Shown piece by piece: positions 36,416 to 45,891 of a stretch of DNA of 64,000 nucleotides. The translations under genes were made by a program, and so were the position numbers. This DNA is from a virus. The notes beneath the pieces were generated by a model. That model saw only the letters and a program-made list of their open reading frames with translations, ran no database searches and had not been told where the DNA came from. Within the stretch, counting starts at the first letter, position 1. Every line of letters begins with the position of its first letter. Where the stretch lies: positions 1-64,000 of IMG/VR virus record IMGVR_UViG_3300049489_000842; one strand, 5' to 3'.

Positions 36416-39397
36416 ATGGCTATACTAGAAAAAGACATAGTAAGAAATAGTGGGCTTGTCAAAGATATTGACCAGGATTCTCTGGACATGATAATTGACA
36501 TGGTACAGATAAACCTGTACAAGTATCCTGAGGATTCTGCTATTAGAGAGTATTTCTCTAACATGTACGACTCTCTTATGGAGAAGTTCAACGCTATAAA
36601 AATACTCAAAGGAGAAGCTAAAGTTTCCGACTTCTATGTTGAGGATGATTCGCGAAAGGAAACAAAAACAAGTAAATTTAATCCGGAATACTACTCTTTA
36701 GATCACCTGGATGGTTCCATATCAAAAGCAACGATAAGTTATGTAGACGATGCTGATAATGGTAAAGACATGATATTCTTTTCTGACTATGGTGTAGGGT
36801 TAGATTTAAACAGATTACTGGGTTCTATGAAAATTGGTTATAGTACTAAAAGATTGTCTAATGCTATGATTGGCAAGTTCGGAGCCGGAGCTAAAAGTGC
36901 CTTGGCAACTAATGTCGATTTTTATGTTTTAGAATCCTGGTATAATGGATTGTATACTAAAATGATGGTTTATGACCATTTCTTCAATTGTATTATTCCA
37001 GAAGAAACTACTGTCCATACAGATATAGTTAAAGGTAAAAAGCGAGAGATCGTAGATGGAGAGGAGGTTATAGTAGATTCACAGGATTACATACGATGGG
37101 AAAAGACTGACCGAAAAAACGGTGCTACAGTATCATTTCATGTGAAAAAGCATAATAAACCGAAGTATATTGAAGGCATAAAAAGACAGTTAATGTACTT
37201 CGGAGATTATCTTGATGTTTACGATATTGATTCGGAGGGAGTTAAGAATTACGTACATTTTGCTTCAAAAGTATTACTTGAGACTCCTTTATTTAAGATT
37301 GTAAGAGGAATTATTACAGTTCCACATATTTTAATAAATAATGTGAATTATGGCCCGGTTGACTTTGCAGAAATAGGTATAAACAAGAAATTCGGTTCTG
37401 TTGCATTGAAAGGTACTCCGACTGATGTAAATGTTATGTCAAACAGAGAGAGTTTAAAGTGGGATGATAAAGCTCGTGAATTTGTACTCAGGATAAGCGA
37501 TGAGGCTAATATTCAAGCTGGAAAGATCTTACAAGAAGAGTTGAATAAGATAGATAACCCTATTGAAAGATACTTCGCTTCTAATAAACTTTCTTTTCAA
37601 GGCACATCAGATAGAGATTACATTATTAATACTTTAAAGGCCTTTAGTGGTGATATATCTCCTAGCTTTAACTTAAATCCGCAGGATTATCTTGATGATA
37701 AGCAAAAATTGATTTATAAAGCTAAGAGTATTTCTATAAAAGAAATACTTTATATCTACTCATACTTCAGAGTTACACTTATATCTAAAGGAAGCAGTAC
37801 ACTAAAAGTTGTTTCACATCCAAATCTAGCAGAACTAGACTTTAGTAGGATTGTATTTAAAGTTGAGGAAAAATTTGAGAATATAAGAACATCCGAAGCT
37901 TTGTACGTTTTTAACAAGGTTCTTATGGGCAATCCAGATTCGTTTGTTTACATATCTATACCAAGTAAGGCAGAAAGCATAAAGTCTTTTGAAGATTATG
38001 ATGAAATACTTCAAAGTGGTGAAAAAGCTAAACTTCTTAAGAAGATTAAAGAAGCTAAAGTTCCAGAAGTAATAGCTAGTCTAGAAAAGGACCTTGAAGA
38101 TTTAAACAATAAAATCCAAGGTATGTATTTAAACTACATTAAGAGGGAGAAAACTATTATGATGGCTAAAGCTATTTTTATAAACATCCTTAAAAAGTTC
38201 TCTTTAAATGCAGATGAGTATTTAATAGAATCTAATGTAAAAGCTTACGCTAAAGTGTTAAGATTGGCTTCTGATAGTGCCTTGACTACTAAGAAGGAAG
38301 AGGCAACAACACATCAAATACATACCGTATCTGACAGAGATGCTCAAAGGGCCGAATGGCTAGAAATGAAAAAGAGTAAGCAGATATTTCCGGTTCGTAT
38401 GTTAAATTATGGTGGTACAAGGTTTTTTAATTCTGACGGATTCACAAGAATAAACTTAGTGGATATAAAATTAGTTGACTTAGTCAAGGAAATAGAGTCT
38501 TACGATAATTTAGAAGATAAAGCTTCCAGAGCTATTTTAATTTATGGTGAAACAGAGGATAAAGATCTTTTAGACTTTTTGTATAGGATCCTTGCTTTTA
38601 TAGGAGGAGAAAAGGGTGCAGGGTATTTACCCTCATACAATCCATTAAACCCTTTAAGGAGAGATATACCTGTACTTCTTACTGTAGCTAAAGATAATAT
38701 TAAAATTATCAAGAATATTCCTTGGGCTATACATATCAAAGATTATATTTTAAGTAAAACAATCTCAAATAACAAGATGAATATAGAATTTAAACCTGCT
38801 TTAAGGGATTTTATAACCTGTATAAGGCTTCTACAAATAACAAAAGAGTATCCTTTGGCCGACATTATTAGAGGGAATGTACTATTGCATAATAATTCTT
38901 ACTTCAAGAATTTACTCTATACTAAAAAGGCACAAGAATTATTGTCTAAGTTTCCTATAGAAGTCAAGAATACTAGTGATGAAAGTATTATCAGTACTCT
39001 ACTTTCTGGTATAAAATACAAGTCTTTTGAGGAAACTTTAAGATCTTTCTTTTCTTCTATAGAATCCTTAATAAAAATACAGGAATTACCATGGATAGAA
39101 TTGGAGGAGTCTCAAAAAGCCATGCTATCGAAGTTTGAGTCTTATAAAATAGACTTATATGATAAAGAATTATGCGAAGGGTTGATTAAAGAGATAGGTA
39201 ATAACAAAGAAAGAATAGAAAAATCTTTAATGAAGGTAGCTGTTACTGATGCTTTTAATTATGATCATCCTATTCTTATAGATTACCTTAGAAACTCAGA
39301 GATACTACTAGTAGAAGAAGAGGAGGAAATAGAAGAGGAAGCAGAGTTTACGAATACAACAGAGCAGACAGAGGATTCAGATGAGATTGATTTTTAG
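36416..39397 (+). CDS. rIIA: rIIA-like protein (N-terminal GHKL fold)
   Basis: LY.....AIREY.SN.YD, DYGVGL, YSTK..SN..IGKFGAGAKS and NRESL motifs; paired with an rIIB-like gene. Confidence 0.8.
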   Translation: MAILEKDIVRNSGLVKDIDQDSLDMIIDMVQINLYKYPEDSAIREYFSNMYDSLMEKFNAIKILKGEAKVSDFYVEDDSRKETKTSKFNPEYYSLDHLDGSISKATISYVDDADNGKDMIFFSDYGVGLDLNRLLGSMKIGYSTKRLSNAMIGKFGAGAKSALATNVDFYVLESWYNGLYTKMMVYDHFFNCIIPEETTVHTDIVKGKKREIVDGEEVIVDSQDYIRWEKTDRKNGATVSFHVKKHNKPKYIEGIKRQLMYFGDYLDVYDIDSEGVKNYVHFASKVLLETPLFKIVRGIITVPHILINNVNYGPVDFAEIGINKKFGSVALKGTPTDVNVMSNRESLKWDDKAREFVLRISDEANIQAGKILQEELNKIDNPIERYFASNKLSFQGTSDRDYIINTLKAFSGDISPSFNLNPQDYLDDKQKLIYKAKSISIKEILYIYSYFRVTLISKGSSTLKVVSHPNLAELDFSRIVFKVEEKFENIRTSEALYVFNKVLMGNPDSFVYISIPSKAESIKSFEDYDEILQSGEKAKLLKKIKEAKVPEVIASLEKDLEDLNNKIQGMYLNYIKREKTIMMAKAIFINILKKFSLNADEYLIESNVKAYAKVLRLASDSALTTKKEEATTHQIHTVSDRDAQRAEWLEMKKSKQIFPVRMLNYGGTRFFNSDGFTRINLVDIKLVDLVKEIESYDNLEDKASRAILIYGETEDKDLLDFLYRILAFIGGEKGAGYLPSYNPLNPLRRDIPVLLTVAKDNIKIIKNIPWAIHIKDYILSKTISNNKMNIEFKPALRDFITCIRLLQITKEYPLADIIRGNVLLHNNSYFKNLLYTKKAQELLSKFPIEVKNTSDESIISTLLSGIKYKSFEETLRSFFSSIESLIKIQELPWIELEESQKAMLSKFESYKIDLYDKELCEGLIKEIGNNKERIEKSLMKVAVTDAFNYDHPILIDYLRNSEILLVEEEEEIEEEAEFTNTTEQTEDSDEIDF

Positions 39398-39451
39398 TGT
39401 TTTTATTAGAAAAATTTAGTAATTTTAATCTTTAATTAAAAATTGTAAAAC

Positions 39452-40681
39452 ATGATTTTAGTAAATCGAAAAAATGACAGACTAACTGGGTCTATAAATT
39501 CAGTACCCTACAGTATTCCTTATGATAAGGATGTAGAAGAAACTTTAAAAGTTTTATCTGACAGATTAAAGCTCTGCAAGGACCGGGAAACTTTTAATGC
39601 TGTGATTGAAGATGCTAAAAAAGCGATCCAAATCGATTTTAAAGCTGAGGTTGCAGCTGCAAATGGATACTTAAAGTATCGGAAAGATGGGCATTACTAT
39701 TTAGTGGTAAACAAAGGGGAGGATAATGAAACAGTATCCGACATACCTCTTCCAAAAGCTTTATCAGATAGGATTATACAGTCTTATGAAGAGAAATCTG
39801 ATTTTATGCCTATAATTCTTGCATGGCAGAGATTCCTTGCAAAGCAATTGATTCTCGAGACAAAGAAGCCTAATGGGTTCGATTTAAAGCATAACTGTGA
39901 GTTATTTGCAAACTACATTACAGCAATGTATGTCGACAAAGAAAAAGCAGAGTTGCTTATGGAATCAGATGGTGTATCTCAGGAGGTAGCTAATGAATTG
40001 GCGACATTTAATGACATTGCTATTACAAACTTTGGTATTCTTGTAACCTATAAGGTTGTAGATGAAATCGAAGAAATCTGGAGTCTTGAAAAAGATAAAG
40101 ATGGTAATGATATTAAAGTAAAGAAACCGATCTTCACACCTTCAAAGAAAATTGATCCTATTTCTGGTAAAGTTGATGTAACTAAAGGAAAAGCAGATTT
40201 TGCAGAAAACAGAGTATTTACTCCTGCCATACATAAAAGTGGGGATAAGTTCTTCTGCGGAGAAGACTTAAGTTATATGTATAAAGTTGGAAAGATGCAT
40301 GTGTTACCTGAAGATGCTGTTAGAAACTACCAAAATACTTTTGGTGGAGGCGGATTGTACGCCGGTGGACTAAATTACATCGAAGGGTACAGAAGTAATC
40401 ATAATGTTACTTTAACTTGCTTTATAGATCCATTTGACATCATTTCTTTCCAAGATGATGGAAGAGCATTCCGCACTGATGGTATGTTTATCAACGGTAT
40501 ATTAAATGACGAAACAGAATTACAAGGAATGTACTTTGATTCTGATTTTGCTGCAGCTTCTGATGAGGTTATAAAAAAACGAATGATCGAAGTTGTTACA
40601 AAACATACCAGTAATGTGAAGGATGAAAATTCTGCTATTGAATCTAAGGTAGATTTGTTAAACTCTATTCTTAAGAAGTAG
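39452..40681 (+). CDS. rIIB: rIIB-like protein
   Basis: IT..G..V.YK.V and GLYAGGLNY...Y......CFIDP.DIIS, matching the rIIB C-terminal motif; follows rIIA. Confidence 0.75.
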   Translation: MILVNRKNDRLTGSINSVPYSIPYDKDVEETLKVLSDRLKLCKDRETFNAVIEDAKKAIQIDFKAEVAAANGYLKYRKDGHYYLVVNKGEDNETVSDIPLPKALSDRIIQSYEEKSDFMPIILAWQRFLAKQLILETKKPNGFDLKHNCELFANYITAMYVDKEKAELLMESDGVSQEVANELATFNDIAITNFGILVTYKVVDEIEEIWSLEKDKDGNDIKVKKPIFTPSKKIDPISGKVDVTKGKADFAENRVFTPAIHKSGDKFFCGEDLSYMYKVGKMHVLPEDAVRNYQNTFGGGGLYAGGLNYIEGYRSNHNVTLTCFIDPFDIISFQDDGRAFRTDGMFINGILNDETELQGMYFDSDFAAASDEVIKKRMIEVVTKHTSNVKDENSAIESKVDLLNSILKK

Positions 40682-40684
40682 TAG

Positions 40685-41083
40685 ATGGTTAATCCTTATG
40701 AGCAAGAAATTGTAGAAAGGTTAAATATGATGAAGGGTCCTGATGGGACCCTTTTTCCTAAGCTCATTAGCTCTCACGGACTGAGGTCTTTTGACCATGT
40801 TTTGAAATTAGATATTGTTACTGCAGATTTTGATGATATGGAGAAATTCGGTCTTCTTATCCAGGCTAAAATGAAGGGAGGGGTAGCAAAATACCCATTA
40901 CTTTTAGATAAACTTAATGCTGCAGTTGATAAGTATCCTAATTCTATTCCGGTTATTTACCATAAACAGGTAATAAAAGGGGAGGTTGGTCAAGAGTACG
41001 CTTTGATGTATGTACAAGATTTTGAAAATTTAATATGTAAAATAAAAAGGTATGAAAACCCTAGTCGTTATAGATTTGGATAG
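40685..41083 (+). CDS. PD-(D/E)xK-like protein (resolvase-like)
   Basis: YEQEIVERL...LDIV...IQAK...PVIYHK pattern. Confidence 0.5.
   Translation: MVNPYEQEIVERLNMMKGPDGTLFPKLISSHGLRSFDHVLKLDIVTADFDDMEKFGLLIQAKMKGGVAKYPLLLDKLNAAVDKYPNSIPVIYHKQVIKGEVGQEYALMYVQDFENLICKIKRYENPSRYRFG
40733..40756 (+). terminator. Possible terminator after rIIB, within the next ORF
   Basis: AAGGGTCC-TGATG-GGACCCTT-TTT. Confidence 0.45.
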
Positions 41084-41855
41084 CATAGGGTGGACTGTTG
41101 CTGGAGGTCCTATATTTAAAGATTTGAATAGAGACATAAGCACAGAACCATTCATGCGTAATAGCCTTAAAAAGTTTATAAATTCTATATTTTTAAACAC
41201 TAAGGCTGATAGTTACATTGGATTTTACCAAGGTCCTGGACATAAAAACTTTAGAAAGAACTTAAATCCTTTCTACAAGAGTAATAGAAAAGAGAAACCT
41301 GAATTTATGAAAATATGGGAACCTGTAATATTCGAAACATTAAAGGAATACCCAGGATTTGTAAATTTAAGGTGCATTGAAAGCGATGATGCTTTACGTA
41401 TAACAAACAACAGATACAAATCGGAGTATAACATTATCTTATCGCATGCTGATAAAGACTTAAAGTGTATTCCGGGAAACCATTTTAACTATAAAAAGGC
41501 CTTACATTTTTCTATAAAAGAAGAGGAAGCTTTAATAAATGAATATGCTCAGTTTATATCGGGAGACTCTACTGATGGAGTTCCAGGTATTTATGGAATA
41601 GGACCGGCTAAGGCAGCTAAACTTGTGAAGAAACACAATATGAAATTCGTTGCTGCATTTAAAGACGCTTACTATTCCACTGGTATGGAAAGAGGTATGA
41701 CATGGAGAAAACTGTTGTGGACTACTTATCATAGTATAAGAATATTACCAAACATAGAAGGCTATAAAAGGTTTTCTGATGTTGAGGAAATGCCTTTAGA
41801 TGTGATAACGGATGTGATAAAAGAACAAAAAAGACCGACTTTAGATAACTGGTAG
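41052..41855 (+). CDS. 5'-3' exonuclease/flap endonuclease (T7 gp6-like)
   Basis: IDLDSI, NFR, YKSNR, ESDD, DKDLKCIPG and GDSTDGVPGIYGIGPAKA motifs. Confidence 0.9.
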   Translation: MKTLVVIDLDSIGWTVAGGPIFKDLNRDISTEPFMRNSLKKFINSIFLNTKADSYIGFYQGPGHKNFRKNLNPFYKSNRKEKPEFMKIWEPVIFETLKEYPGFVNLRCIESDDALRITNNRYKSEYNIILSHADKDLKCIPGNHFNYKKALHFSIKEEEALINEYAQFISGDSTDGVPGIYGIGPAKAAKLVKKHNMKFVAAFKDAYYSTGMERGMTWRKLLWTTYHSIRILPNIEGYKRFSDVEEMPLDVITDVIKEQKRPTLDNW

Positions 41856-41856
41856 T

Positions 41857-42414
41857 ATGAAAAGTAGATTTTTACCCAATAAAAAAGAAGACTCAATCCT
41901 GCATTATTACGGATTACCACTTGTAGGGTTAAATAAAAGTAGTTTTCACGACAATTTAAAATCCGTAAAAATCAACTTTGATGGAACTGTTATTTTTGTA
42001 GAGGTAGTTCAAGATATCTACTCGGATATTTTATATCCGAATAAGATAAAATATGAAGATACGACCTATTTGTTTTTCAAGATACCTAATCATTTATTGG
42101 ATGATTCCAGAAAAATTGTGGAAGGAAAGTATAGCCAGCTTAGTATAGCAGCTAAAAAGAAAATACACGATCTTTCTGAGTTGTATAATAATACCCTTGT
42201 AGGAGGAAATTATATAACATCCAAACTGATATTTGCTTTAGATAAAAGTCCTACTTTAATAAATTATATGTACGAAATCTTAAAATCTCCTTATGAAAAA
42301 GGAGATAAGTTTAATAGTGAATTGTGGAAACTCCTTTGTAAAGGAGAATTAACAGAAAAACTATCTGAGGAAGATTTCTACTTCAATGTTGAGGAGGAAA
42401 TTTATGGGGTATAG
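41857..42414 (+). CDS. Hypothetical protein
   Basis: 185 aa with an F.IP......I.EGKYS.LS...K motif. Confidence 0.7.
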   Translation: MKSRFLPNKKEDSILHYYGLPLVGLNKSSFHDNLKSVKINFDGTVIFVEVVQDIYSDILYPNKIKYEDTTYLFFKIPNHLLDDSRKIVEGKYSQLSIAAKKKIHDLSELYNNTLVGGNYITSKLIFALDKSPTLINYMYEILKSPYEKGDKFNSELWKLLCKGELTEKLSEEDFYFNVEEEIYGV

Positions 42415-42652
42415 TAGAGGATTCAAAAATACTTACTGTTATGCCAGGATAAAAGATGGTACAGATAAAGCATTTGGTGGAGGAGAACTTGAACTTGAAC
42501 TTTGGGTTGGAACCAAGAAGAAAGATAAACAGATTATAGGAACTATAAAAGTAAGTATCGACTGGACAAAGGGACTTGGTATTCTAGAATTAAATGACAA
42601 AGTTCTCAAAACAGTTCAAATATAAAATAGTGATTAGGTGGTTGATGTAGGT

Positions 42653-42694
42653 AGGGGGATTGGATGAGTATATTCATATCCCCCTTAATTTTTC
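42653..42694 (+). terminator. Hairpin/terminator ending the replication operon
   Basis: AGGGGGAT...ATCCCCCT followed by taattttt. Confidence 0.6.
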
Positions 42695-42706
42695 TAAAAA
42701 CTAAAT

Positions 42707-43153
42707 ATGAGAAAAAGAACAAAAGAACAAATTAGAAAATGGGGACAAACTCCTTATCCTATAGTAGACTTTTTAGAACAGAAACTGCTAGAAGTATCTG
42801 CAGTTACTAAAGTTCCTATATCAGTTATGGAAGGTACAGATAGGCATCGAGATTTTGTTATTGCCAGACAATTGTATTGCTATATCGCTTATCGAACTAA
42901 ACCTTTTGAAATTTCTCTCAGAGAAGTAGGTTTGGGTATAAAAAAAGATCACGCAACTGTTATGCATAGTAACGGAGTAATTGAAAATTATATCTTTTCT
43001 AAAAATAAAGATATACTTCAATTTTTACAGTTGTTAAAAAAAGATGAGCATTATACATCTTACACTTTAAGTTATAAAAGAATCAGTTTAAAGGAATGTA
43101 TAAAAATGAGAACCTACTTAGATCCCGTTGTTTTACAAGAAAATTTTTATTAA
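42707..43153 (+). CDS. DnaA C-terminal (domain IV) HTH-like protein
   Basis: R.R.FV.ARQ..CY........SL.EVG...KKDHATVMHS matches the DnaA DNA-binding domain; no AAA+ domain. Confidence 0.8.
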   Translation: MRKRTKEQIRKWGQTPYPIVDFLEQKLLEVSAVTKVPISVMEGTDRHRDFVIARQLYCYIAYRTKPFEISLREVGLGIKKDHATVMHSNGVIENYIFSKNKDILQFLQLLKKDEHYTSYTLSYKRISLKECIKMRTYLDPVVLQENFY

Positions 43154-43382
43154 AGAAAGGAGAAAAATAATGTCAAAAAATTCAGGTAACTCCGGTATAG
43201 GAGTTTTAGGTTTGCTGGGAACAGCATTTGTAGTCTTAAGGTTAGCTGGAATAATAGAATGGTCATGGTGGTGGGTTACACTTCCTTTTTGGGGAGGATT
43301 CGCTTTATTGCTATTTGTTGTAATAGTTATGTGGATAATTTTACTGGTTGACAGAAAAAACCAGAAAGATAAGTGGTGGTAA
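43149..43382 (+). CDS. Small membrane protein
   Basis: GIG..GLL...FVVLRL.GII.WSWWWV..PFW, a widespread phage membrane family. Confidence 0.75.
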   Translation: MKERRKIMSKNSGNSGIGVLGLLGTAFVVLRLAGIIEWSWWWVTLPFWGGFALLLFVVIVMWIILLVDRKNQKDKWW

Positions 43383-43567
43383 TGGCTTCACATGAAAATA
43401 TTGCTAATGGAAGGCTATGTCAGCTTTGTTTAAAGGCTTTCAAAAAGCCAAATGGTGAGCCTGGTATTTACACTCACGGCTATATGGTAGTTTGTGAAGA
43501 GTGTTATGAAGCTATAGATTCTACTTTTGTAAAAGAAAATTACATAAAAGCTGATAAAGGAACATAA
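43373..43567 (+). CDS. Small Zn-finger protein
   Basis: CQLC...HGY.VVCEEC. Confidence 0.6.
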   Translation: MVVMASHENIANGRLCQLCLKAFKKPNGEPGIYTHGYMVVCEECYEAIDSTFVKENYIKADKGT

Positions 43568-43596
43568 AAAATACTTAATTTTGTAAATAAAACTGT

Positions 43597-43731
43597 ATGT
43601 TTTCATTGTGTGGATGTCCGAAGTGTGGTAAAAAGAGTTTTAAGAAGTTCGAAGAGAATGATGGCTCCTTTTACTGGAAATGTTTTAGTTGTGGGTATGA
43701 AACTCAGATAACAAGAAGAAGTAAACATTAA
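43597..43731 (+). CDS. 44-aa zinc-ribbon protein (below the ORF-track cutoff)
   Basis: MFSLCGCPKCGKK...WKCFSCGYE...; preceded by a TAATTTTG -7-like motif. Confidence 0.6.
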   Translation: MFSLCGCPKCGKKSFKKFEENDGSFYWKCFSCGYETQITRRSKH

Positions 43732-43750
43732 ACCTTAAATATAAATTCTA

Positions 43751-43951
43751 ATGAGTAATCGCACTATTGTAATAATAGCTATCTCATTATTGTGGTTAAT
43801 AACAGGTCTAGGCTTCTACGTTCTAGTAGAGACTATAAGGATTTTCTCTTATAATTTTCTTGCAAGCGTAGAATACTTATATCTTTGGTCCACAATAATA
43901 AGTTTATTATTTTCTGTAAGGGTTGTTTATAAAACTTTTACAAAAAAGTAA
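43751..43951 (+). CDS. Two-TM small membrane protein
   Basis: 66 aa with two hydrophobic stretches. Confidence 0.6.
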   Translation: MSNRTIVIIAISLLWLITGLGFYVLVETIRIFSYNFLASVEYLYLWSTIISLLFSVRVVYKTFTKK

Positions 43952-43983
43952 ATCATGTTTTTTTTTCGTTTTTAGTTGTTTCT

Positions 43984-44020
43984 CCCCGGGATTATAGCTG
44001 TTTTCCCGGGGATTTTTATT
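43984..44020 (+). terminator. Intrinsic terminator
   Basis: CCCCGGGA-n12-TCCCGGGG-ATTTTT. Confidence 0.65.
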
Positions 44021-44108
44021 TAACTATAATCCGGAATTGTTCTAATGAGTAATAAAGGGTTTGGATTTGTAAAAAATAATACTGACCTTTGACTCTCATT
44101 CATTAAAC

Positions 44109-44675
44109 ATGAATACAAAAGATACCAGTGCAGGAGAGATAATGGCTCGGGCTTTCTTTGAGGAACTTAAAACTTTAGGGTTTATAGTGAAAATCGAGGA
44201 ACAACCTGAGCCTTTTATATTATCTGATAAGGTAAGTATCATAAAAGAGATACACCTTAAAACAAAGATTAAAACAGAAGAGCATACCCTTTTAGACTCG
44301 AATATATATACAGCTGATTTTAAGATCATATGGAATGGACCCAACATTTTCCATCACGATCTATTGCTGCCGATTGTAAAACCTCCAGTCTTTTATTCGT
44401 CAAATAATATTTCTTACATAGAGTGTAAGCCTATCTGGGATTACAACAATATGACAAGGATATTTTTACAAAGAACAAGGCCATGGGTTTATCAAAAGTT
44501 TGGCGTTTACGTCAACTTAATGAAGTCCCCCGACTTTTTTAAAAGTACATTTATCCCTGCAAAATGCCTCAGTAGTTTTTACTATAAAGTAGGTGTTAAG
44601 AAAGGACTCCCTAAGTTTAAATGGGAGTACAGTACTTCTAAAGACTTTATACAAAGTCGGAGTATGTCTAACTAA
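44109..44675 (+). CDS. PD-(D/E)xK endonuclease (endonuclease I/DUF1064-like)
   Basis: S..E....F.EL, QPE.F.L, YTADF and IECK motifs. Confidence 0.7.
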   Translation: MNTKDTSAGEIMARAFFEELKTLGFIVKIEEQPEPFILSDKVSIIKEIHLKTKIKTEEHTLLDSNIYTADFKIIWNGPNIFHHDLLLPIVKPPVFYSSNNISYIECKPIWDYNNMTRIFLQRTRPWVYQKFGVYVNLMKSPDFFKSTFIPAKCLSSFYYKVGVKKGLPKFKWEYSTSKDFIQSRSMSN

Positions 44676-44686
44676 TAAAAACAGTA

Positions 44687-45265
44687 ATGAAATGGTTATG
44701 GTTAATAATTCTATTATTCCCTACTTCTATTGTATCCGCCCCTTCAAGTAAGGGCATTGACTTTATTCCTATAAACTCAGTCATTGAAGTAGTGGAAATT
44801 AGGCATAATTTGTCTAAAGACCTCGAAAAGAAAATTAAAGAAGTAAGTAAAGCATTGCAGATTAAACCGGAATGGCTTGTGTCTGTAATACAAGAAGAGT
44901 CCAGATTCAACTCTAAAAAAGAGAATCATATAGGAGCCGTAGGGTTCATCCAGTTTCTTCCTATCACTTTAAAGCAATTGAAAATATCTAAAGACTCATT
45001 GCTTTCACTTTCTGACACAGCACAATTAAATATTATAGAAAAGTTTTATAAGCCTGTTGCAGGTAAAGTCTTCAATGCAGAAGACCTGCACTTGTACACA
45101 TTCTTTCCTATAGCTGTGACTCAAAAATGGGGGGATGAAAGAATTCTGGAAACGTCCCGCGTGTCAGCACAGACAGTAGTAAAATGTAATAGGCCAATAG
45201 ACTTAAATAAGGATATGAAAATAACTGTTGGTGAGTATAAAACATATTTAAAACTAATAAAATGA
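44687..45265 (+). CDS. Lysozyme-like lytic transglycosylase with signal peptide
   Basis: Signal MKWLWLIILLFPTSIVSA; VIQEESRFN, GAVGFIQF and N...DLNKD..IT motifs. Confidence 0.8.
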   Translation: MKWLWLIILLFPTSIVSAPSSKGIDFIPINSVIEVVEIRHNLSKDLEKKIKEVSKALQIKPEWLVSVIQEESRFNSKKENHIGAVGFIQFLPITLKQLKISKDSLLSLSDTAQLNIIEKFYKPVAGKVFNAEDLHLYTFFPIAVTQKWGDERILETSRVSAQTVVKCNRPIDLNKDMKITVGEYKTYLKLIK

Positions 45266-45866
45266 AATATGCATCCTTTTTACTTATACTCTCATGGAGT
45301 ATATATACCCTTGTAACTGAGGGTAATATAAGACCTAGCGATAACATTATATTATGGATACTAGGTGTACTTTCTGTTTTTTACTCTTGCGTACAAGCAA
45401 TAATATGGATTCAACAACCTAATAAAAAGTAACTAAATGGGAAGATTTTTAAAGTCTGTTATTACAGTAGTTATAGCATGGATTATACTGTCTTGTATGT
45501 TTTGGTTAGGTATAGCTTTTATAAAAGCAGAGTTAAATCCGTTCTTATGGAAAGAAGAACTTAGGGTCACATTGGTATTTTTAATACTATGCATTACTTT
45601 ATTTTCTCCAATAGTAACTCAGTCTTTATATGACGAAGTATTTAAAAACTAATATAAATATTAACAAAATGATCCTACTTAAAATTCTAGTAACTCAAGT
45701 TATTTTATTTTTCTTGTCTATGCTTTTACTTCATCCGGATTCTCCAGCTATATCTTTTATAGAAAAGAAATCATTAAACTACGGTAAAATAGTAGCATTA
45801 ACAGCTATCATTCAGATGATACTAATATTAGTAGTACTCTTGATTGTTGTATGGATAGCAAAATAA
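45262..45866 (+). CDS. Three consecutive small two-TM proteins (45262-45432, 45437-45652, 45630-45866); holin-like candidates
   Basis: Each has two hydrophobic helices and they follow the transglycosylase. Confidence 0.5.
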
Positions 45867-45891
45867 AGAACTTTAAAAGTAAAGAGACTCT

